Shown here: positions 5,801 to 12,778 of the stretch, piece by piece
Layout of the letters: each line of letters starts with the position of its first letter
Numbering within the stretch: the first letter of the stretch is position 1
Source: Candidatus Firestoneibacteriota bacterium
GTDB lineage: Bacteria; Oederibacteriota; D2-FULL-39-29; JBBTED01
Assembly (NCBI GenBank): GCA_038042445.1
Contig: JBBTED010000036.1
Coordinates: forward strand, 21,743-34,520
Reading direction: 5' to 3'
DNA: 12,778 bases
Made by a program: the position numbers and the translations under genes
Notes under the pieces: model-generated
What the model saw: only the letters and a program-made list of their open reading frames with translations
What the model was told of the DNA's origin: nothing
The model's database searches: none

Positions 5801-8800
5801 TCAGTGCGAGTTTATGATAATGCAGGAAATTCAGCAACACTTCTTGATCCATTTTATGTGAAAAAGGATGTAACAAATCCTGGGATAACGGATAATCAAA
5901 CAGGAGATGACACGTGGAAGAATACAAGTGGAACGAGCTACAACATAGATTTTACTGATACAGGGAATTCGTTATTGTCTTATGCTCAATATGTAGTATA
6001 TTCAAACACTAATTTAACAGGAAGTACATTAAAGGATTGGACGAACATAGCAAGCAGTATAAATGCGAATGATTATACAAACAACTGGCAGGTAGATTGG
6101 ACAGCACTTCAACAAGGAACGAATTATGTATCAGTAAGAGTTTATGACAATGCAGGAAATTCAGCAATACTTGTAGATCCATTTTATATTAAGAGGGATA
6201 CGAATAATCCGGGAATAGCAGATGTTCAATCTGGTGATGATACCTTCAAAACTGCTGGAGGAACGAATTATAATATCAATTTTTCAGATACAGGAGGTTC
6301 ATTACTTTCTTATGCCCAATATACTGTTTGGACAAATACAGAGCAAACAGGTGTGTTGCGCGTTGACTGGACGAATATAGCAAGCAGTATAAATTCAAAT
6401 GATTACACACAGGATTGGACCGTAGATTTTGCTTCGCTTGCACAAGGAACGAATTATGTATCAGTGAAAGTGTATGACAATGTTGGTAACTCGGCAACTT
6501 TAAATGATGTGTTCTATGTGAAAAGAGATACAAGTAAACCCGGTATAGTAGATACACAAACAGGTGATGACACATGGAAGAATTCATCAGGCACAAGTTA
6601 TAATGTTGATTTTAATGATAACCAGTCTTTATTATCTTATGTTCAGTATACTGTATTTTCAAACACAGCATTGACAGGAAGCACTTTAAAGGATTGGACA
6701 AATATAGCAAGTAGTATAAATGCGAGTGAATATACAGATAACTGGCAGGTGGATTGGGCGAGTGGACAGCAGGGAACAAATTATGTATCAGTTCGTGCGT
6801 ATGATAATATGAATAATTCAGACACACTTGCAGATGTGTTTTATGTCAAAAAAGATACAAACAATCCGACAATCACAGATAACCAGACAGGAGATGATAC
6901 CTGGAAAAATTCATCAGGCACAACTTACAATATAGATTTTTCAGATACAGGCGGTTCATTGCTTTCTTATGTGCAATATACTGTGTATTCAAATACAGGT
7001 TTGACGGGTTCTACACTTAAAGACTGGACAAATATTGCAAGCTCAATAAATGCGTCGGATTGGACAGACAATTGGCAGGTGGATTGGACGAGTTTGCAAC
7101 AGGGAACAAACTGGGTATCTGTGCGTGTGTATGATAATTCCGGAAATTGGGCAACACTTGTAGATCCATTTTATATCAAAAAAGATATAAATGTTCCGTA
7201 TGTAACTGATAATCAAACAGGAGACGATACTTATAGAAATTCATCAGGCACGAGTTACAATGTGGATTTTTATGATACAACTGGTGCAGAAAATTCACTG
7301 CTTTCTTATGTTCAGTATACAGTATATTCAAGTAGTAATATGACAGGAAGTACTTTGAAAGCATGGACAAATATAGCAAGCTCAATAAATGCAAGTGAGT
7401 GGACTTCAAATTGGCAAATAGATTTTTCAAGTTTGCAGGAAGGAACAAGTTATGTTTCAGTTAGAGTGTTTGATATTGTTGGAAATGGTGCAACACTTGT
7501 TGACCCATTTTATGTGAAAAAAGATGCTACACTTCCACAGGTTACAGATAATCAATTAGGTGATGATACCTGGAAAAAAACATCAGGGACTACTTATGAT
7601 ATAAATTTTTCTGATGCCGGAACTTCACTACTTGCGTATGCTCAATACACAATTTATTCAAGTCCGGGACAAACTGGTTCTACCTTAAAGGACTGGACGA
7701 ACATTGCCACAAGTATAAATGCATCAGATTATACAGATAATTGGCAGGTTGATTGGACAAGTTTGCAGGAAGGAACAAATTATGTGTCGGTGAGAGTTTA
7801 TGATAATGCAGGAAATTTTGCAAATTTGAATGATGTGTTTTATGTTAAAAAAGATACAAACAATCCAACAATCACAGATAACCAGACAGGAGATGATACC
7901 TGGAAAAATTTATCAGCCACAACTTATAATATAGATTTTTCTGATACATTATCTTTAATAAACAATGTGCAATATACAGTTTATTCAAATACAAATTTAA
8001 CAGGCTCAACCCTGATTGACTGGACAAATATAGCAAGCAGTATAAATGCGTCAGATTATACACAGGATTGGGCTGTGGATTTTGCATTGCTTCAGCAGGG
8101 AACTAATTATGTGTCAGCTCGTGTCTATGATAATTCTGGAAACTGGGCAACACTTCTTGATGTATTTTATGTGAAAAAAGATACAAGTGGTCCGACAATT
8201 ACGGATAATCAAACAGGTGATGATACCTTCAAAACTACAGGTGGCACTGTTTATAATATTGATTTCACAGACAACTTATCTTTGCTTTCTTATACACAAT
8301 ACACAATTTATACATCAAGTGGTTTAACTGGAACACAATTAAAAACATGGACAACTTTTGCAAGTAGTATAAATGCGAGTGATTACACGAATAATTGGCA
8401 GGTGGATTTTGGTGTGTGTCAGCAGGGAACAAATTATATTTCAGTTAAAGGTTATGATATTTCTGGAAATGTATCACAGACGAATGATATATTTTATGTT
8501 AAAAAAGATACAAACAATCCAACAATCACAGATAACCAGACAGGTGATGATACCTGGAAAAATTCATCAGGCACAGCTTACAATGTGGATTTTTCTGATG
8601 GAACATCTTTAATAGATACTATTCAGTATGCAGTTTATTCTAATACAAATTGGACAGGCACAACACTTATTGACTGGACAAATATAGCAACAGGTGTGAA
8701 TGCATCAAGTTATACGGACAATTGGCAGGTTAATTTTGCATCATTACAAGAAGGTACAAATTATGTTTCTGTTAAATTATCAGATTATGCAGGTTTGAGT

Positions 8801-11800
8801 AATACACTTGCAGATACGTTTTATGTTAAAAAAGATACAAATAATCCGGGTATAGCAGATAATCAGACAGGTGATGATACTGTTCGTTCTGTTCCTGGCA
8901 CAACATATAATGTGGATTTTTCCGATACAGGTAATTCGTTGTTGTCATATGCTCAATATACAGTATACTCGGGAACAAATTTTACAGGGACAACACTTAA
9001 AAACTGGACAAATATAGCGAGTAGTATAAATGCGAGTGATTATACTATAGATTGGAGTGTGGATTTCGGTTCATTAAATGCAGGTGCAACAAATTATGTA
9101 TCAGTGCGCACTTTTGACAATGCGGGAAATTCGGCAACACTTATAGACCCGTTTTATATAATAAAAGCAGCAGATCTGCCTTTAGTCACAGACAATCAAA
9201 CAGGTGATGATACATGGCGAACATCAAATACCGGAACCTACAATGTAGATTTTTCTTCTACAAGTGGATTTAATTTGGATTATTTTCAGACAAGAATAAT
9301 GACTTCAGCAAGCCAAGGTGGAAGCACTTTGCAGGATTGGATAACTGTTGCTTCAGGTATTGGAGCGATTGATTATACCAATAATTGGTCTATATTAGCT
9401 TCAACATGGTCAAGTTGTAATGAAGGCACAAATTATGTTTCTACTCGTGTGTATGATACTGATACACCAGTAAATTCTACAACTGTGAATGATGTATTTT
9501 ATGTGAAAAAAGATACGAGTAATCCGGGGATCACAGACAATCAAACAGGAGATGATGTATGGAGAACCGAAACACCTGGAACAACTACTTATAATGTAGA
9601 TTTTTCTGATACTACTTCTTTGCTTTCTTACGCTCAGTATACAGTTTATTCAAATACTAATTTCACAGGTAGCACTTTAAAAGATTGGACAAATATAGCA
9701 ACAAGTATAAATGCGTCAAATTATACAATTGATTGGCAGATAGATTTCGCTTCTTTGCAGCAAGGAACAAATTATGTGAGTGTTCGTGTTTATGATAATG
9801 CCGGTTTAAGTGCAACACTTGCAGATGTATTTTATGCGAAGAAAGATACTGATAATCCGGGGATCACAGATAATCAAACAGGAGACGATACATGGCGATC
9901 TACAAGTGGGACAACATACAATATAGATTTTTCTGATCCTGGAGTATCATTGCTTTCATACGCCCAATACACAGTTTATTCAAATACAAATTTAACAGGC
10001 ACTACCTTAAAGGATTGGACAAATATAGCAACAAGTATAAATGCATCAGATTATACAGATAACTGGCAGGTGGATTGGACTTCCTTACAGCAGGGAACGA
10101 ATTGGGTATCTGTTCGTGTGTATGACAATGCAGGAAATTGGGCAACACTGTTAGACCCATTTTATATAAAAAAGGATACACAAGGTCCGGTAGTTACAGA
10201 CAATCAGACAGGTGATGATATATGGAAAGATACTGCAGGAACAACATACAATATAGATTTTTCTGATTCATTATCTTTACTTAATAATGTTCAATATGCA
10301 GTTTATAGTGATACAGGCCTGACTGGTTCAACATTAAAAGACTGGACAAATATTGCTTCTGGTATAGGCGCAAGTGATTGGACAACAAATTGGCAGGTTG
10401 ATTGGGCTTCTCTTCAAGAAGGAACGAATTGGGTTTCTGTGAAGGCTTTTGACTACCAAAATAATTCTTCAACACTTGTGGATTCATTTTATATAAAAAA
10501 GGACACACAAGGTCCAACAATTACGGATAATCAAATAGGCGATGATACCTGGAGAAAATCACCTAATACAGTTTATAATATAGATTTCTCTGATACAAAT
10601 TCCCTGATTTCATACATTCAGTGGACAGCGTATACAAATACTGAGTTTACTGGTCTTACTCTAAAGGACTGGACAAATATAGCAACAAATGTTAATGCAT
10701 CATCTTATACAATAGATTGGCAGGTGGATTTTGCTGCTTTGCAGGAAGGCACAAGTTATATTTCTGTTCGCGCGTATGATAATCTTAATCACTGCACTAC
10801 ACTTATTGACCCATTTTATGTTAAAAAAGATGTTGGTTCACCACAGATTTCTGATGATCAGTTAGGTAGTGATATATGGATAAATTCATCAGGCACAACA
10901 TACAATATAAATTTCAGTGATATCGGCAATTCATTTCTTTCTTATGCCCAGTATGCGGTTTATTCTGATACAGGACAGACTGGTTCTACATTAAAAGACT
11001 GGACGAATATTGCAAGTTCTATAAATGCATCTTCGTATACAAATGATTGGCAAGTTGACTTTGTTTCATTACAGGAAGGCACAAATTATGTGTCAGTGAA
11101 GATTTTTGATAATGCAGGAAATTCAGCAACACTTATAGATGTATTTTATGTTAAAAAAGATGTAACTATTCCAAGTGTAACAGATAATCAGACAGGTGAT
11201 GATACCTGGAAAAAAATTGCAGGAACAAGTTATGATATAGATTTTTATGATAATCAGGGGCCAGCCGATAGGTCTAAATTATCTTATGTCCAGTATGCTG
11301 TTTATTCAGATACAGGGTTTACTGGTTCTACATTAAAAGATTGGACAAATATAGCAAGCTCTATAAATGATAATTCTTATACTACAAACTGGCAGATAGA
11401 TTTTGCAAGTGGGCAGGAAGGCACAAATTATGTTTCAGCACGTGTATATGACAATGCTGGAAATTCTGTAACACTTGCAGATTCATTTTATGTTAAAAAA
11501 GATACGCAAGGACCAACAATAACAGATAGTGAAACAGGTGATGATACGTGGAAGAATGTTTCAGGAACAGCATACAATATAGATTGGACAGATACAAAAT
11601 CTTTGCTTGATTATGTTCAGTATGCAATTTACAGTAGTATAAATCAGACAGGTTCAACCTTAAAGGACTGGACAAATATTGCTTCTGGTATAGGTGCGAG
11701 TGATTACACTACAAACTGGCAGATAGATTTTGCTGCATCAACAGAAGGATTTAATTATGTTTCTGTTCGCGGGTATGATAATTTGGGAAATGTTTCTACA

Positions 11801-12778
11801 CTTACAGATGCTTTTTATCTAAAAAAAGATACAGGATTGCCTTCTGGCATATGTTCACCGCAGTCTTATTCAAATCAATTAACTTTTAATGTGCCGTTTT
11901 CTGCATCAGATGCTGTTTCAGATATTTCTCAGGTGAAATTATATTATACAACAAGCTCAGGTTCTCCTTATGCGTGGACGAATTACGGTTCATTTATCAC
12001 AAGCCCTGTTTCATGGACTGCAGGTGGGCCTGGGAGTTATGGATTCAGAATAGTAGCTTTTGACAATGCAGGAAATACTGATGAAACTGATCCACCAGCT
12101 CCTGCAACATCTGTGGAGGGCACTACAATAATTGATACAACCTCTCCTTCTATAACAGACAATCAATCAGGAGATGATAATTGGAAAAATTCCAGTGGGA
12201 TGAGTTACAATATAGATTTTTCAGATACAGGTGGAAGTTTACTTTCTTATGCCCAGTATACAATTTATTCAGATACAGGTTTGACTGGTTCAACCTTAAA
12301 GGACTGGACAAATATAGCAACCAGTATAAATTCTGCAACTTATCAGGATAATTGGCAAGTAGACTTTGCAAGCTTGCAAACGGGCACGAATTATGTATCA
12401 GTCAGGGGGTTTGATAATTCCGGAAATTCAGCAACACTTGTGGATTCATTTTATGTGAAGAAAGATACAAGTGTTTCGGGAATCACAGATAACCAGACAG
12501 GAGATGATACATGGCGTTCTACAAGTGGCACGAGCTACAACATAGATTTTTCAGATACAGGTGGAAGTTTGCTATCTTATGTTCAATATGCAATTTATTC
12601 AAATACTAATTTAACAGGTTCAACATTAAAAGACTGGACAAATATTGCAATTAGCATAAATGCGAATGATTATACTGATAACTGGCAGGTTGATTGGGCG
12701 AGTTTGCAAACAGGAACGAATTATGTATCAGTTCGGGTTTATGACAATGCTGGAAATTCAGCAACACTTATAGACCCG
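2807..12778 (+). CDS. Giant secreted/surface repetitive Ig-like protein (putative adhesin), at least 3324 aa, 3' end outside the window; start may be GTG 2813
   Basis: Frame 2 stays in register from ATG 2807 to the last base. The ORF track lists no stop-terminated ORF in this frame, consistent with no internal stop. The N-terminus MKVRNKLYFKGICISFFLAWTTVLFA|GTRIK looks like a Sec signal peptide. The sequence is Thr/Ser/Asn/Asp-rich with tandem domains carrying DNAGN and D-T-x-x-P linkers typical of bacterial Ig-like repeats. Confidence 0.92.
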   Translation, partial: MKVRNKLYFKGICISFFLAWTTVLFAGTRIKTVEYSFGSYYSATDIATATSWSPSSLTLYIPENTRTIKSAYLEFECNTIANTAVSNIDIMFDAGASASTVRDSITGTYTAITGECIKIIAKADVTSYLASDFVGTTSKLYSASVTVTGPGTNGHSLKLYITYEYGDTSTRQIKTVRFPLFSDVNIASKLAAVGAGTYSFTYNAEIADSNVVVRQQWFEIRGYRQSSGVATNSSISVKVQGAVTGSNTMTLRGVLIDSYDFRFLDHQGNTGIEGFAINTSQILDITRVQGNTNYLGGECVVTYEYDDSSLWKTKTVRYFLGQLINGGGGNMSQNIYLGESGIEILRMYSQIYGSFDSTTATNLLVDSSVNGYSVTQRGYSLQISAASISGYTFFHDLGEQKANFLNGSQIIVGVNNVTNAGGQGTELIITYKYSGESAGYTNDYRVITGQSANGTGTTSAQTFSVYFPSWYSPQDLGVRTLRSSWFRGDTIRNGATGDHTTTQNFNGLSSQTVTHRTAVESFADYVLYGNAGQITTSSANATANYSISVNTGSFSGVSGIVYTYAKPPNIPTNLAQYKSDGTTLISTGVWTNESTVVLKMTMTSPLSSDTLTPQIEILPIGTGFTGTQNYSGSFVAYSGSGVTGTVTVTGLTSGTQYHWQARVSGTNGVGPWQSYPTPTPNGEAEADLGIDTSNPGITDTQTGDDTWKNVSGTAYNVDFSDTGNSLLSYAQYTVYSNTNLTGTTLKDWTNIASSINASDYTNDWAVDWTSLQQGTNYVSVRVYDNAGNWATLVDPFYIKKDATNPGITDNQTGDDTWKNVSGTAYNIDFSDTGNSLLSYVQYTVYSGAGLTGSTLKDWTNIASSINANDYTNDWQVDWTALQQGTNYVSVRVYDNAGNSATLVDPFYVKKDTTNPVITDLQTGDDVWKNVSGTSYNIDFSDTGNSLLSYAQYTVYSNTNLTGTTLKDWTNIASSINASDYTTDWQVDWASLQQGTNYVSVRVYDNAGNSATLLDPFYVKKDVTNPGITDNQTGDDTWKNTSGTSYNIDFTDTGNSLLSYAQYVVYSNTNLTGSTLKDWTNIASSINANDYTNNWQVDWTALQQGTNYVSVRVYDNAGNSAILVDPFYIKRDTNNPGIADVQSGDDTFKTAGGTNYNINFSDTGGSLLSYAQYTVWTNTEQTGVLRVDWTNIASSINSNDYTQDWTVDFASLAQGTNYVSVKVYDNVGNSATLNDVFYVKRDTSKPGIVDTQTGDDTWKNSSGTSYNVDFNDNQSLLSYVQYTVFSNTALTGSTLKDWTNIASSINASEYTDNWQVDWASGQQGTNYVSVRAYDNMNNSDTLADVFYVKKDTNNPTITDNQTGDDTWKNSSGTTYNIDFSDTGGSLLSYVQYTVYSNTGLTGSTLKDWTNIASSINASDWTDNWQVDWTSLQQGTNWVSVRVYDNSGNWATLVDPFYIKKDINVPYVTDNQTGDDTYRNSSGTSYNVDFYDTTGAENSLLSYVQYTVYSSSNMTGSTLKAWTNIASSINASEWTSNWQIDFSSLQEGTSYVSVRVFDIVGNGATLVDPFYVKKDATLPQVTDNQLGDDTWKKTSGTTYDINFSDAGTSLLAYAQYTIYSSPGQTGSTLKDWTNIATSINASDYTDNWQVDWTSLQEGTNYVSVRVYDNAGNFANLNDVFYVKKDTNNPTITDNQTGDDTWKNLSATTYNIDFSDTLSLINNVQYTVYSNTNLTGSTLIDWTNIASSINASDYTQDWAVDFALLQQGTNYVSARVYDNSGNWATLLDVFYVKKDTSGPTITDNQTGDDTFKTTGGTVYNIDFTDNLSLLSYTQYTIYTSSGLTGTQLKTWTTFASSINASDYTNNWQVDFGVCQQGTNYISVKGYDISGNVSQTNDIFYVKKDTNNPTITDNQTGDDTWKNSSGTAYNVDFSDGTSLIDTIQYAVYSNTNWTGTTLIDWTNIATGVNASSYTDNWQVNFASLQEGTNYVSVKLSDYAGLSNTLADTFYVKKDTNNPGIADNQTGDDTVRSVPGTTYNVDFSDTGNSLLSYAQYTVYSGTNFTGTTLKNWTNIASSINASDYTIDWSVDFGSLNAGATNYVSVRTFDNAGNSATLIDPFYIIKAADLPLVTDNQTGDDTWRTSNTGTYNVDFSSTSGFNLDYFQTRIMTSASQGGSTLQDWITVASGIGAIDYTNNWSILASTWSSCNEGTNYVSTRVYDTDTPVNSTTVNDVFYVKKDTSNPGITDNQTGDDVWRTETPGTTTYNVDFSDTTSLLSYAQYTVYSNTNFTGSTLKDWTNIATSINASNYTIDWQIDFASLQQGTNYVSVRVYDNAGLSATLADVFYAKKDTDNPGITDNQTGDDTWRSTSGTTYNIDFSDPGVSLLSYAQYTVYSNTNLTGTTLKDWTNIATSINASDYTDNWQVDWTSLQQGTNWVSVRVYDNAGNWATLLDPFYIKKDTQGPVVTDNQTGDDIWKDTAGTTYNIDFSDSLSLLNNVQYAVYSDTGLTGSTLKDWTNIASGIGASDWTTNWQVDWASLQEGTNWVSVKAFDYQNNSSTLVDSFYIKKDTQGPTITDNQIGDDTWRKSPNTVYNIDFSDTNSLISYIQWTAYTNTEFTGLTLKDWTNIATNVNASSYTIDWQVDFAALQEGTSYISVRAYDNLNHCTTLIDPFYVKKDVGSPQISDDQLGSDIWINSSGTTYNINFSDIGNSFLSYAQYAVYSDTGQTGSTLKDWTNIASSINASSYTNDWQVDFVSLQEGTNYVSVKIFDNAGNSATLIDVFYVKKDVTIPSVTDNQTGDDTWKKIAGTSYDIDFYDNQGPADRSKLSYVQYAVYSDTGFTGSTLKDWTNIASSINDNSYTTNWQIDFASGQEGTNYVSARVYDNAGNSVTLADSFYVKKDTQGPTITDSETGDDTWKNVSGTAYNIDWTDTKSLLDYVQYAIYSSINQTGSTLKDWTNIASGIGASDYTTNWQIDFAASTEGFNYVSVRGYDNLGNVSTLTDAFYLKKDTGLPSGICSPQSYSNQLTFNVPFSASDAVSDISQVKLYYTTSSGSPYAWTNYGSFITSPVSWTAGGPGSYGFRIVAFDNAGNTDETDPPAPATSVEGTTIIDTTSPSITDNQSGDDNWKNSSGMSYNIDFSDTGGSLLSYAQYTIYSDTGLTGSTLKDWTNIATSINSATYQDNWQVDFASLQTGTNYVSVRGFDNSGNSATLVDSFYVKKDTSVSGITDNQTGDDTWRSTSGTSYNIDFSDTGGSLLSYVQYAIYSNTNLTGSTLKDWTNIAISINANDYTDNWQVDWASLQTGTNYVSVRVYDNAGNSATLIDP
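4877..12778 (+). repeat. Intragenic array of 23 ~110-aa (327-345 bp) Ig-like repeats, the last cut by the window end, interrupted once by a different domain
   Basis: The DNQTGDDTW-type motif starts at 4901, 5231, 5561, 5891, 6221, 6551, 6878, 7208, 7547, 7877, 8204, 8531, 8858, 9191, 9536, 9869, 10199, 10526, 10853, 11183, 11525, 12158 and 12488. Approximate consensus: PGITDNQTGDDTWKNxSGTxYNIDFSDTGxSLLSYAQYTVYSNTNLTGSTLKDWTNIASSINASDYTxNWQVDWxSLQQGTNYVSVRVYDNAGNSATLVDPFYVKKDT. Confidence 0.95.

Noticed and set aside
4495..12371. Many Leu/Tyr/His-rich minus-strand ORFs and the + strand ORF 8373-8612
   Set aside because: They are alternative-frame shadows of the giant repeat gene; their similarity to each other just mirrors the 330-bp repeat.
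4877..12778. CRISPR array or diversity-generating retroelement TR/VR pair
   Set aside because: The repeats are in-frame coding units with many synonymous differences at all four bases rather than adenine-specific changes, and no reverse transcriptase or cas gene is present.

Overview
AT-rich bacterial window with all real genes on the + strand. (1) 1-129 is the 3' end of a REP-associated tyrosine (Y1/HUH, RAYT-like) transposase. Four copies of a GTAG-foot palindromic REP (CGCAGGC-TTTA-GCCTGCG) lie in the intergenic spaces, two of them forming a perfect inverted doublet. (2) 181-2436 is a compact putative RiPP cassette: a stand-alone PqqD/RRE protein, a radical SAM/SPASM enzyme, a 50-aa Cys-containing precursor peptide missed by the ORF track (1632-1784; YKKP leader motif, A-L-A|C junction) and a Ser/His-type S24/S26 peptidase. 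(3) 2416-2806 is a dense intergenic region with a second repeat family, two tandem TATGGAA-N4-TTCCATA palindromes, a perfect sigma-54 -24/-12 promoter and a sigma-70-like promoter. (4) 2807 to the window end is one uninterrupted ORF of at least 3324 codons, absent from the ORF track because it has no stop codon in the window. It encodes a signal-peptide-bearing giant surface protein with four diverged N-terminal repeats, an Fn3/Ig-like module and at least 23 tandem ~110-aa Ig-like repeats. All family calls come from motif recognition by eye; no database search was run.
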